Part shown: positions 38,101 to 49,789 of the stretch, piece after piece
Layout: each line of letters opens with the position of its first letter
How positions within the stretch are numbered: position 1 is the stretch's first letter
NCBI GenBank assembly: GCA_964036045.1
Contig: OZ038378.1
Location: forward strand, 166,966,001-167,030,000
Direction of reading: 5' to 3'
DNA length: 64,000 nucleotides
From: Eutreptiella sp. 'Long Island Sound 2002'
Lineage: Eukaryota > Protista > Euglenida
Notes under the pieces: model-generated
Seen by the model: only the letters and a program-made list of their open reading frames with translations
The model's database searches: none
Told to the model about the DNA's origin: nothing
Translations under genes and position numbers: made by a program

Positions 38101-40468
38101 CAGCCCATGCCACCGGCCCCGTCGGCCCGGCGCAGCCTCGGTCCGAGCCCTGGGCCCTCCGTCGGCTCCTGCGCACGCCCTCTCTCGTTCTGTGCCTCAG
38201 GGCCCTGCAATACAAACTGTTGCCCTCGGTGATCCGGGCGTTGTCCACCCCATTTCCGTTGGAGACCCTGAAATGGCGGCTGTTCCAGTGGCTCTACCCG
38301 TCCAGCGACGTATGTTGGGCGGCGTCCGGGTCGTTGGGTTTGTGTGTGGGCCGGTGGGTCTGTGAGCGTCTTCGCGGATGGGCTCACCGCCAGTGATGTA
38401 TTAGAATGGCCGTACACCGCAGGAGGAGGGGGGGTTCCCCCCCCCTAGACCCCGCCCCCCCTCCTCCCCTTCCAATGTTTGAGGCTGACAGCCAAAATGT
38501 TGCTTCGGCGCCTTCGGTGCCAAGAGGATTTAAGCCTAAAAAGTTTTGGCCCGCCTTCGGCGGGGACCATAGGGGCAGCCGGGAAGGGAGGGGGTCCCAG
38601 CCGACCCCCCCCCCCCCCCCCTCAGCCCCCCCTTCTAATACATCCCCCCCCCCCCCCACCCGCAGGGGGGGGGACGGCCGGTGGATTTTCCTGTCGTAGG
38701 GGGGCGGATTTCGGCGGGAAGATTTCGCCGCTAAGAAAGCTAAGAAAGGTGGCGAAACCCCCCCCCCCCCCCCTCGTACAACCGGCGCCATGTCTTTTAT
38801 GTGACCCGCTTGGGTTGCGGTCCCTTTGGGGGGTGGCCCACATGGCACTTGTGGGACACATGGCCCGCAGGGGCGCCCACGTCCCCCTTCCCACTGTTCC
38901 ACTGTCCCCTGCCAACAGTGTTTTCAGTGCAGAATTCTTGGTGCTAGCAGCTGCGATTTTGAGTATTTGCCGCATCAATTCCAGAAAGACCAACTCATCT
39001 CTCGCATCAGATCTGTTAGAACTGCACCTTTCTGGGATCGTCTCAACACGTCGCAATGATAGACACCCGCTTGCAACTGCAACTGAAAATCGCGAGCGCA
39101 GAGACGCGACGGTGTCTGGCGCGAACCCCAAACCAATGCGTGCACCCGGAAGTAATAACCGGCGCACTTACTCAGCCCTTATGCCCCCCTCCCCCCTGCC
39201 GCAGGGCGTGGGGGGTTTGTCTGCATGCGCTAGGCACGTGAAGCGGAGCTATGTCCCAATGTTCCTCCGCCCATGAGCCCCCAATCCCCCGCAATCGAAA
39301 TCGAAGGGATGGCAGCCGTGCCATCAGCGTGATGACCATCCGCGCCACGACCGCCTCTCCCTCTCCCTCTCGTGGGTGGCCGGGACAAGAGCACCAAAAG
39401 CTGCAGAGCTGATGCACAGCGTTTTCCGGGGGCATTCGCATGGCCCACGCGACCGTTCTGCACTACACGAGCCCCCCAAGCCCCAAATCAGGAGTCCCCA
39501 GCCGCCCAATCTCCTCCGACGGACCCAAGTTTTGGTTGGGGTGCCGACGTCGTGGCGGCGGTCGGTGTCAGTTATGGTCATCGTACCGCAAACAAGGACT
39601 GAGCTGGGCGTTACACACTGCCACACAATGTGGGTGGGTGTTCTGCTGTGGCGCCGTTGCGGCAAAGCCCCCCTGGGCACGCCCTGGCAACCCCCGATTG
39701 CCGTTGGTCGATGCCCAGGGCCTTTCGACCAGGCGCTCAAACAAGGGGAGGGTACCCACCCTTCTCCCTCTTTGGCACGACGGTCCGCCCTGCTAACCGC
39801 CTCTGTGTGCCCAATGGCCCGCCGAACGGTCTGTACGCGCCAGAAATTGCCGCCCAACGCTTTTCCAACCGCTGGTAACCGCTTTTGCAATCATTCGTGA
39901 CACCCACGCCCTTTCAGCCCCCCTTTCCAGACCCAAATAGTTCTTGGAGGGGCCCGAATTTGCGTTCCTACAAATGTTCTGCCATGAAATTCATTGTTGA
40001 GTGCCACCACTCAACTACACGCACAAAGGTCTGATCACGACCTCAGGGCAAGCGGCACATGAAAATCTGAGCACCAAACGGGCTCAAATACCTTTGGCCT
40101 AAATTCTTTGGGGTATGTCGCTGCCTCCTTTTTCAAGTGCACCCCTGCTCTTCGACAGACAGAAGGGACCAGGGTGGCTCGGGGCTGGGGAGGGAGAGTG
40201 TGCTTTCCTGTCCAGCCCAGTCCACGCCCGTCGCCTGCAGGATCTGGACAACCTCTCCGAGTTCCCCATCCTGCGCACCTCTGCGGACGAAGTGCTGGTG
40301 ATCTGTGGGGACAGTGACACGCTGTTGCCATCGAGGGACGAGGGTCAGCGGCTGATGGAACTGATCCCCAATTCACGGCTCCGGTACGTCGAGACGGCGG
40401 GGCATTTGGGATGGTCTGATCAGCGCCTGGACTTGGCCGCAGAGCTGCGTCAGTCGTGGATCGCGTGA
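25349..40468 (+). CDS. Plastid-targeted alpha/beta-hydrolase, esterase/lipase/thioesterase (PES-like N-terminal domain only); join(25349-25423,26044-26152,27413-27471,29264-29720,32749-32948,36510-36790,38201-38309,40241-40468), 505 aa
   Basis: All seven introns are GT-AG and phase-consistent (1518 nt). Motifs RFFDPLE, LLLLPGLQGT, GESFGG, LVNPATS, FPLETLKWRL, VICGDSDTLLPS, AGH follow the order in plant PES/ELT hydrolase domains. Exons 4-8 are firm; exons 1-3 are less certain. Confidence 0.8.
26044..26152 (+). CDS. Hydrolase exon 2, transit-peptide-like
   Basis: tttctttcAG acceptor; ALSAPRLDLWSTARSLGATSLYMGPSTIQVAHPTPQ (S/T/A rich); GTCTGT donor. Confidence 0.6.
27413..27471 (+). CDS. Hydrolase exon 3 (putative)
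   Basis: 59-nt AG/GT-bounded segment that restores phase between exons 2 and 4. Confidence 0.45.
29137..29188. repeat. (GT)n microsatellite in intron 3
   Basis: Seen directly. Confidence 0.95.
29264..29720 (+). CDS. Hydrolase exon 4, second TM segment and linker
   Basis: LFWPAVLTGAFPLLVLAVVRV followed by basic residues; ends LRFFDPLEGVEGYHVG. Confidence 0.75.
30875..31002 (+). mobile_element. SINE-like retroposed insertion with 18-bp target-site duplication
   Basis: TAGTGATGGTTCTAATAA at 30857-30874 and 31003-31020; the insert ends C13-A9. Confidence 0.6.
32749..32948 (+). CDS. Hydrolase exon 5
   Basis: KPVLLLLPGLQGTAMTTFVQFPSLQREYDLRCL; AG/GT bounded. Confidence 0.85.
36510..36790 (+). 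CDS. Hydrolase exon 6, nucleophile GxSxG
   Basis: VFMMGESFGGLLAIAVAA..LVNPATSW; AG/GT bounded. Confidence 0.88.
38201..38309 (+). CDS. Hydrolase exon 7
   Basis: ALSTPFPLETLKWRLFQWL; AG/GTATGT bounded. Confidence 0.82.
38395..38644. mobile_element. MITE-like element in intron 7
   Basis: Perfect 12-bp inverted ends GATGTATTAGAA (38395-38406) and TTCTAATACATC (38633-38644); non-coding interior. Confidence 0.6.
40241..40468 (+). CDS. Hydrolase exon 8 (catalytic Asp and His, stop)
   Basis: VLVICGDSDTLLPSRDEGQRL..VETAGHL..QSWIA*. Confidence 0.88.
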   Translation, partial: DLDNLSEFPILRTSADEVLVICGDSDTLLPSRDEGQRLMELIPNSRLRYVETAGHLGWSDQRLDLAAELRQSWIA

Positions 40469-42645
40469 GGCGCCACGGGACGTGCTGGTCGCGTGTGCCC
40501 GGGTCAAAAGTGTACGCCTTTTATCTACACAGACCCGTACGCATGCTGCACCACTACACCACAGGCACCGATCCCACCGGCATCACCACCACCACCACAA
40601 CTACCACTACGACCACCACCCCCACCATCATAACCTTCGTTACAAATGATAACCCGCCACTCGCTTGTGACTTATTTTCTCTAAGCGCTGGTGTAAACCT
40701 ACCTGGATGAGCCGTAGTAACACTGCCTGATATTATGTGTATAATTCCGTAGTCCTCAGCATTGCACATCTGCAGGAACGGCTGCATGGTGTACTACGTG
40801 GTGATCTCGATGTACATGTTTTACGTAATTGCAGCTCTTTGATGACACTTAGTCCCCGCCCCGTAGGTGACATCACGCCTGCAGTGCGTTTGGCAACGCG
40901 TAGAGAAAGGGCCCCAGGCGCCATGATGGAATGTGGTTGCAAAGAAGGCCTGAGATTGGGCTGCAGCGCACTGTAAATGGCTAGAGGCAGGGGTTTGCTT
41001 GAAAGGGGAGGGGAGCTTCGAGGGCAATTCCAGAGCAGCTAGAGAGCGGTTGCAGGGGACTGTGAAAGATCTGGGGTGCGGTTGCTAGCGGTTGAAAATG
41101 CGGTTGGGGGTGTGATGGTGTATGGGAATGCCCCTGGGGTAGAGTTAGGGCTGGAGCCCTGGGGGGGAGGGGGAAACCCGCCACCCGCCCCCCTTCAAGC
41201 AACTCCCTGCTGGAGAGATGCTACGGTAGTCATGGTGCACTTCAGCATGACGAACATGTTGTGTGCTTTTGTTTTTGTAAACCTAAACAATAACACTAAG
41301 TTGTTTGGTTGGCAGGTGGTTCGTAATCATCAGTCACCCCCTTTCTGTTGTTTTTGGGACTGGGGGCGACCCGCCGGGCCTGTTGGTTGACAGGTGGTCG
41401 TCGGGCAACCGACGGCGGCGTTCGGTGGTTGACCGACTGCGGACAATGTCCAACCGACGTCGGTTGGTGGTCAGCCGACGCGTTTGAAGTCCGGCTGATG
41501 GCCTCCACCGGTTTCGCCAACGGCAAGTGAATGGTCAACGGATGGCAGACAGCTGTCCACCAACGGTTGCTGGTTCACTCACCATAGCGGGCCCCGCTTT
41601 CTGGAATGGACATAAAGCGTCGGGACGGTTATGCACAGGTGGCCAGTTGTCCGGTGCACCGCAGTGCTGGGCCTCCAAAAGCAGAGGTCTTGTCTGGGAC
41701 AACTGAGCCCCCCGATCATTCCCGTTGGGATAGGATGCCCAGGACTCTCTGCAAGTCAGTAACCAATGGCACAAACGCCCTACCCCCCCTCCTCATTGCG
41801 GTATTTTCCTTGTGTCACCATGCACCCCCCTGGCCTGGTTTGGATGAGTGTTGTATATGGGTTTTGTACTGTGGTTAAGGTAAGTGTTCGTTCTGCCTTC
41901 TGCTGAGGTTCAAAAAGGTCTGATTTCGAGAATATAACAAAAGTACAGTCAGTTCAGATTGTGGAGTGCATTACCTCATCATTCCCTCTGTCTTTGCTGA
42001 TCGTTGTTGCTTTCTCATTGCACATTCGTTTCACACGCATTCAATCTCTTCTCTACATTAAGTTTCACCGACCCTTATTGTGCTAGCATCTCATTCTCTA
42101 AGCACAGTAACCCTGTCTGGCTGTCATTGCCTGCAGTTTTAGGTTGTTTTTTGCAGAGGCGTGCCTCCGGGCTGTGTGTGGTTGTGGGGGGGCTGGGGGA
42201 TGGCGGGTATGTTGCGGGTTGAGGGGTGGGGGGATGCAGTTTCGTGGGTGAATGTCTATTCCACTGCTCACGATTGCAGCAGTCTGCGCCTGTGGCGTCT
42301 ACTCCCCTGCCAGCGCTGACAGGCGTCACATTCAGTCATCCCCAGACCGTGAAATTTGGAGGGTGCTCTCCACCACAAGTGGTGTGTGAAGTTGTAGCAC
42401 GGGACCAGGGCTGCCACAAGCGGGGCAGTCTGCTTCCCCTTGGAAAGCCAGGGAGACACAAGCCTACCCAAGCCACAAAGCTCTGTTTGTCGCACAGTCA
42501 GGGCACGCCACATCATAGCGGCAAAGGCAAGGGCTGTAATACTCAATATGCGGGAACAGGGCGGCTCTGCTGGGACCACTAGCAGGAATCATCGGGAAGC
42601 TCATTATTGTCGATGCATTCTAGCGTGCCAAATTTGGAGCAATTA

Positions 42646-43237
42646 TTCTGTTGACCGACCAGTTGTTGAGTGCTCCGGGGGTTATTTTGGGATTCAATGG
42701 ATCAGGTTCAACAGCTAGATTTTTCCAGCGGACCACTGAGCGAGGTAAGGGGGAGAGACTGCGGAGGCACCTTCGGCGCCTCTACATTGGCGCCTCTACA
42801 GGGCTGGTTGGTTGGCATACGCCGGCACCATCACCTGCTCAGGCAGGCTATGACACGAAAGTGGAGCCGACCATATTGGATGGATAACGTGGAGATGCCT
42901 GCGGCGCTTTTTGATCTTCCCACATGGCTTCAGTTTACGACATACAGACCCCCTTTCCAGCCATCAGGCAGGAGTGGCCTGCTGGGAGGGCACATGTTGC
43001 ATCGCCGAGCTAACCTACAGCCTTATGCCCCCTCTCTGTGAGGATGGCGGGTAGGTAGCAGGGGACGGTGGTGTTGTACTGTCTCAGACCATGTGTCTCA
43101 AGTGCCGAACAATCTTGAGCCTTTGTCAATGGTTTTGGACGGAACAAAAAAAGATCCTTCTGTTGACCGACCAGTTGCTGCGTGATCCGGGGGTTATTTT
43201 GGGATTCAATGGATCAGGTTCAACAACTAGATTTTTC
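42646..43237. repeat. ~80-bp direct repeat pair (42646-42725, 43158-43237)
   Basis: TTCTGTTGACCGACCAGTTG...GGATCAGGTTCAACA(G/A)CTAGATTTTT occurs twice with few mismatches. Confidence 0.85.
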
Positions 43238-43899
43238 AAATGTGAAATTTCTCGGATTGAATTCAGCCCGCAAAGATTTGTAAGGGAGAACACGGAAGTG
43301 ATGTACTCTTTCGAGTATATGCACAATTGTAAGAAGCATGGTCTGCCAAAGTCACCAAAAGAAATCATGTTTGGCATTTAAAAGCAGATAAGTTCATACT
43401 TTTATTATTCTAGCAATGAAAATTTCTTTTTCTCCCATCTCAAATGGTGTAATGGATTTATTGTCCTTTTTTTTTGTCGCTTTGGAGACATAATGTCAAA
43501 TGACCATTTTCTGCATCACTTCCTAGTTCAAAACCTCCCTCCACGGGGAGCTTTTTATGTGCGGGGCTGGGGAATGGCGCCCCGCCCTCCGCCAACAATT
43601 TCTACACCCCCGGGGGAGGGGGCGACTCCGTGGGTCCTAGGACGCCAACTACCCCCCCCCCCCCCCCCCAGGGGCCTCCGGCCAACATTTAGTTGCCAAA
43701 GGTGCCGCCCTTAGGAGTCCATGGGCGCCGAAGGCGCCCGACGCTCCATGGGCACCAAAGCTACCCAAATGAAAATTTTGTCCACTTTGCACCCCAGTAC
43801 TATCCTTCAACCCAACCCTGACCCTAACACCCACCCCAACCCTTAGCCTAGTCCTAATCAAGACTGAATATTGGGACCGAGCTGGTGGGGTAGTGCCTA

Positions 43900-44936
43900 T
43901 GCTTCTGTGCGTACTAGGGTGGAGGAAAGTCAATTGGTTGGGGGATGGCGATTGAGGGTTGCATGCATTGTGCACATCAATCTTGTTGCTTTCCCCATTG
44001 ACAATGTGGCCAATGCGGAAAGCCTTGCAGCAACGCTCGGTAGCCACGATTTTCCTAGTGTGGAGATTCGAACTCTCACCGAGGCAGAAATTGAGCTTTT
44101 GAGTGACATTCCAAGGACAGCAAGAAATCTTCTTCGCCAAGGAACGAACCACATCATTACACCTCCCCTTATGCGAGCTATCTACCGTGCATTCTTTGCA
44201 GCTTCTTGTCCACATATTCCACCTTCTCTTTATCCAAGTTTGTTTGCAGCATATCAACCACCACCCCAATCTGACAATCATCATTGTCAATGTGGAGCAA
44301 TGCTTTTGTCAAATATTTGTCAATTGTCACTGGTGTCAATTCGCAAACATTTTCCCACACCAACACACCCAGTTTGTGGTGACACCTACCACTGAATGGA
44401 TTGATTCCAATCATCAATTCAGCGATCACCTTTGCATCAACACCACGGCACATCCCGTTTTGGTGGGTAGGTGCAACCCATATCAGGTGTTTGCCTGCAT
44501 GGTGGCAAATAGCACCTTACCAAAGTGGCAATGCAATGAAGGACCGCATGTGTTCCCTACAGGAGGACCAAATCAACCACCCCAACCGAGTATGGCTACA
44601 CTGCTGAACCGCATGCGGCTTTGCCCCGCAAACGTCATTTTTCGCAATGTCTTCCTTTCGCCTTCAGCAGCTGCGCGTCCGCACGTTGATGACGATTGCT
44701 TTGTCACGAAGCACACTTTCCTTATTCACTTTGGTGACCCTATTCCCTTACAATGGGACAACTCCACAATCTACCTCAAGCATTGTGGTATTTATGCTTT
44801 TGACGCATCTAAAAAGCACAGCCTTCCAATTTGGCCTCGCTTTAGTATCTCCTTGCGATCTTGGGACACTGGTAGTGCCACGCCTTGTGAAGACGACCAT
44901 GTCACCAAAAAAATTCGCCCTAATCCGAGCAACTAG
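43900..44936 (+). pseudogene. Intronless AlkB-like 2OG-Fe(II) dioxygenase ORF with upstream Cys cluster, one frameshift near 44300
   Basis: FRNVF..RPHVDDD (HxD, His at 44682), KKHSL (His at 44817), RFSISLR (44838-44858), with the spacing of AlkB-type domains. HCQC..NCHWC lies upstream. Confidence 0.6.
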
Positions 44937-45482
44937 AGGTTGATCCTCTATCCAACGTCCCAACTTTGAATGTTTTGGTATTTGGCTTTCGCTTCATCGC
45001 GATCCCATCAATTACCTCCAATGTGCCTATCCATTTCACCGCAATCAATCAATGCCCGACGTGGCCGGTACCTTTTTGACCGTATTTTGAATTTCGCTTT
45101 GTGCCATTCCGCCATATCCCATTAATTTGTGCCACGTGAGTTGGAAAAAAATTCGCGTGAATTTTTTTTCCTGCCCCCCACGTCGCCCTTAGCTTACTGC
45201 ATACGTTGTGTTGTTTTGGACCACGTTCATCCTAACCTTGAAGCGAGCAACGTAACCCCGTACTCCACTCGGAATGAATGTGCTCCCCAAGCTTCGTGTT
45301 GACGTCTGCGCTCGGCTTTCGCTTCACCGCGATCCCGTTTTTCTTTCTCTTGTTATGAGCAAATCGATGCATATGTACAATGCATTGTACTTCCTGCCAC
45401 ATACCTGTACCAAAAAATTGATGTCTCTATCCGGCTATTGTGTGCCTGTCAAGTGTTGCATGTTCCTTGTTTCACGCATTAC

Positions 45483-48400
45483 GGGGTGCCACAAGGCCCA
45501 CGTTCAAGGCTTTTTGGACTTCTGAGGGGCCAAAATGCCCCCAAAATGGGCTCAAAATGGGCCTATTTCACCCGTTTGTGCACCCCAAATGGTCTAGGAT
45601 GAGGTCTGGAAAAATGCGTTTTTGACCCATTTTTGACCCATTTTTGGTCCCAAAACAGCCCATTTTCAAGGCATTTTGGCATTTTCGGAGGACCAAAATG
45701 GGCCACCACAAGCTCAAAACGGTCCAAAAACACTTGTTTTAGCGTCGCACATGGTCTAGGATCATTTTTGAGAAAAGTCATCTTTTTACCCCTACTGGAC
45801 CCTGTTGACCCATTTGGGCACCCACCTATTTGGGCTTGAGCTTGCAGCTTGCCGCAGCCTAGTGGGCCTAAGTACGAGGGTGTAGGCGTCCGTTTGGGCA
45901 ATTTTGAGGGGTGGAAACCACAAAAAGTGGGGGGTTGCGGGTGGAATAGGTGCCCTCGGAATCGCATTTTGAGCCATGTAGCCAAAGATATGGCCTATTC
46001 TTGGTTTGTGGCTGTCGGCATTTGGAGCTTCTGGGGGCCTTTTTAGGCCTTTTCCTGGACATATCATGGAGTTAGAGGGCGGCAAAGAGCTCGTTGACAC
46101 GGGGAAGTCAAGCCGCACATGGAGTGTAGCCACCGTTTCTCTTCGTTTGGCCGTTTTGAATGTGTTCTAGGGCTTTTTTGGCCCAAAAATGGCTGTTTTT
46201 GGCCCTAAACTGCAGTTTTTGAAACTGAGGTCCGCCACTTGCGAATCCCGTTCCCGGCCACCACTGTCAAGTTTCCTGCTCAAACTTTGTGTGATTGTAC
46301 TTCACACCCATAGGTATCATCCACCAAAAATCTGCAGCACCACGACGGAGTTCTGATTTTGGCCCATTTCGCGCGTGCTGCTGCTTGCTGCTTGCTGCTT
46401 GCTTGCTAAACCTGGTAGGTCCACCCTAGACACTAAAAAGGGTTATAAAACCAAGACTGGTTCCACCAGCTCGGTGACCCTACCCCTACCCCTAGCCCCA
46501 ACCTAGCCCTACCCCTAACCAAGATTGAATATTGGGACCGAGCTGGTGGGGGAAGGAACATCGTCCAGGAGACTTCAACGACAAATGAGGTACACACCGG
46601 AAAGTGGATGAGAGCGGCTCAAAGGGGGCTCGGAATGAGCCGTATTCATCCGTTTGAGCACCACAACTAGACCAAGATCATTCTTGGAAAACCATGGTTT
46701 TGACCCGTTTTTGAGCCATTTGTGGTCCTAAATTGACCCATTTTCAAGGCCCTTTTGGCCGTGAGAGGGACCACAATTGCTCAACATGGGTTCATAATGG
46801 GCTCATTCCACTTGTTTGTGCACCCCAAATAGTCCAAAAGTATCTTTGGAAAAACACATTTTAGCTTCATTTTTGACTGATTTTTTGTCCAAAAACAGCC
46901 AGCTTTCAAGGCATTTTGTGATTTTGGAGTGGCCAAAATGGCTTGCAATGGGCTCAACATGGGCTCATTTCACTTGTTTAGGCACCCCAAATGGTCTAGG
47001 ATCATTTTTGGAAAAACACATTTTTGTCCCATTTTTGACCCATTTTTTGTCCCAAAAAAAACCATTTTCAAGGCATTTTGGGATTTTCGGAGGGCCAAAA
47101 CGGGCCACCACAAGCTCAAAACGCGCCAAAAACACTTGTTTTGGCATTCCATGTGGTCCAGGATCATTTTTGAAAAAAGTATTTTTTTTGCACCCGGTGG
47201 ACCTTGTTGACCCATTTTGGCACCCACCTCTTTGGGCTACCTCTTGCAGCTTGCCGCAGCCCACTGGACCTAGGTACGGGGGTCTAGGCCTCCGTTAGGG
47301 CAATTTTGAGGCGTGGAAACCACCAAAAATGGGTGGGCCCGCGAAATCACGTTTTGAGCCACGTAGCCTGAGGTATGGTCCGTTTTTGGTTTGGGGTTGT
47401 TGGCGGCTAATGTGCACAAATTCTGGTGCTTTTGGGGGCCATTTGGGGGCTATTGTGGAGTTAGAGGGCCCTAGAGGGCCCTTCAGCACGGGGAAGTCTA
47501 GCTGCATGTGTAGAGTAGCCACTATTTCCCTTCATTTGGCCGTTTTCAGCAGGTTCTGGGGCGGTTTTGGGCAAAAAAAGGCTGATTTTGGCCCCAAATT
47601 GCAGATTTTGAAATCGAGGTCCGGCACTTGCGACACCCGTTCCTGGCCGCCACCGTTGAGATTGTGGCTCATACTTTGTGTGGTTGTCCCTCACACCCAT
47701 AGGTAGCATCCACCCAAATTTTGGCCAAATCCGAAGCACCACCAAGGAGCCGTGATTTTTTCCCATTTGGCGTGTGCTTGCTGCTTGCTTGCTTGCTTGC
47801 TGCTTGCTTGCCAAACCTGTTAGGTCCACCCTAGACACTAAAGAGGGTTATAAAACCAAGACTGGTTCCACCAGCTCGGTGATCCTAACCCTAATCAAGA
47901 CTGAATATTGGGACCGAGCGGGTGGGGGAGGGAACATCAGCTATGACTGGTGAGGGACATCAAGAATGATTCACACATTGATGGCTCTTGACAAAGTGGA
48001 ATCAGCTTGCAAGTGAACCCCATCACCACGAGGCCCACTTTCAAGGCTTTTTGGACTTCTGAGGGGCCAAAATGCCCCAAAATGGGCTCAAAATGGGCTC
48101 ATTTTACCCGTTTGTGCACCCCAAATGGTGTAGGATGAGGTTTGGAAAAATGCGTTTTTGACCCATTTTTGACCCATTTTTGGTCCCAAAACAGCCCATT
48201 TTCAAGGCATTTTGGGATTTTCGGAGGACCAAAATGGGCCAGCACAAGCTCAAAACGGTCCAAAAACACTTGTTTTAGCGTTGCACATGGTCTAGGATCA
48301 TTTTTGAGAAAAGTCATCTTTTTGCCCCTACTGGACCCTGTTGACCCATTTGGGCACCCACCTATTTGGGCTTGAGCTTGCAGCTTACCGCAGCCTAGTG

Positions 48401-49050
48401 GGCCTAGGTATGGGGGTGTAGGCGTCCGTTTGGGCAATTTTGAGGGGTGGAAACCACAAAAAGTGGGGGGTTGCGGGTGGAATAGGTGCCCTCGGAATCG
48501 CATTTTGAGCCATGTAGCCAAAGATATGGCCTATTCTTGGTTTGTGGCTGTCGGCATTTGGAGCTTCTGGGGGCCTTTTTGGGCCGTTTTCGGGACATAT
48601 CATGGAGTTAGAGGGCCGCAAAGAGCTTGTTGACACGCGGAAGTCAAGCGGCACGTGGAGTGTACCCACCGTTTCTCTTCGTTTGGCCGTTTTGAATGTG
48701 TTCTAGGGCTTTTTTGGCCCAAAATGGCTGTTTTTGGCCCTAAACTGCAGTTTTTGAAACTGAGGTCTGCCACTTGCGAATCCCGTTCCCGGCCGCCACT
48801 GTTGAGTTTTTTGCTCAAACTTTGTGTGATTGTACTTCACACCCATAGGTATCATCCACCAAAAATCTGCAGCACCACGACGGAGTTCTGATTTTGGCCC
48901 ATTTCGCGCGTGCTGCTGCTTGCTGCTTGCTGCTTGCTTGCTTGCTGCTAAACCTAGTAGGTCCACCCTAGACACTAAAAAGGGTTATAAAACCAAGACT
49001 GGTTCCACGAGCTCGGTGACCCTTACCCTACCTCTAACCCTAGGCTAGGG
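45483..49050 (+). repeat. Three copies of a ~1.0-1.2 kb interspersed repeat (45483-46550, ~46680-47930, ~48025-49050) ending in a hairpin that encloses telomere-like repeats
   Basis: Copies 1 and 3 are near-identical (duplicated pseudo-ORFs 45563-45985 and 48099-48521). Each ends (GCTT/GCT)n, ..CCACCAGCTCGGT-(CCCTAN)n-, with a closing ACCGAGCTGGTGG-type arm in copies 1 and 2. Confidence 0.85.
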
Positions 49051-49445
49051 TCAAAGTTATTGTTGGGGTCCAAAATGGAGAGCAATGATGTGGCAAAAGT
49101 AACCATGAACGAAATTTGGGGGATCTTGTTCAGCCTAGTTAACATGGCTGGCATGGTTGAACCAGTTCGCTGCAAAGGTTAGGGTGATGGTATGGTTAGA
49201 GGGAGGGCAAGGGGAGGTAAGGGGACCAACGCTTTGCATTGGGGGCATGTACCCCCCAAATCGCCCCACATGGACCCCCCCCCCCCAACCCAACCCTCCC
49301 AGACCCCCCCCCCCCGGGGGCAAAAGCCCCCCAGACCCTCCCCCATCGCTCTTCCCAAGAAACCCCCCCCCCCCCTAGGGGCCTCCGGAACAGTCAGTTT
49401 GGGGGGGGGGTTGTTGGTGTTCAGAACCGAGCCCCCCCCCCCCCC

Positions 49446-49745
49446 GGGTGTACACCATTATATCCCCCCCCCCCCATGTCCATCCCCCCCCGTGTCCATC
49501 CCCCCCCCCAGGGGGGGAACCGTCACTTGGCCCATGAACAATAAGAAATCAATAGGAAATCACAGGCGCCGAAGGCGCCGAAGAAAATTTTTAGTTGGGT
49601 TATACTAGAATTGGCTGGTCGGGAGTGGTGTACGGTTCCCCCCCCCCCAGGGGGGGAACCGTCACTTGGTGACGGTTCCCCCCGGGGTGGGGGGGAACCG
49701 TGTACCCTGGGGGGGGGCTGGACATGGGGGGGGCGGGGTACAAGA
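49446..49745. mobile_element. MITE-like GC-tract element
   Basis: Inverted CCCCCCATGTCCA / TGGACATGGGGGGG, internal GGGGGGAACCGTCAC palindromic repeats and GGCGCCGAAGGCGCC. Confidence 0.5.
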
Positions 49746-49789
49746 TGTGCGACGAAACAAGACCTATTTCAGAAACTACCGAGACAATT

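Noticed and set aside
46463-46549. Hammerhead ribozyme in the hairpin (Penelope-like LTR)
   Set aside because: No CTGANGA/GAAA core could be placed; only CTGAATA or TTGAATA is present.
45563-48521. Duplicated 140-aa ORFs and overlapping small ORFs
   Set aside because: They lie in the ~1-kb repeat, arise on both strands from low-complexity AAAATGGG/CCCATTTT motifs and carry no domain.
43808-49050. True telomere or chromosome end
   Set aside because: The CCCTAA-like runs are short, degenerate, internal and enclosed in a repeated hairpin.
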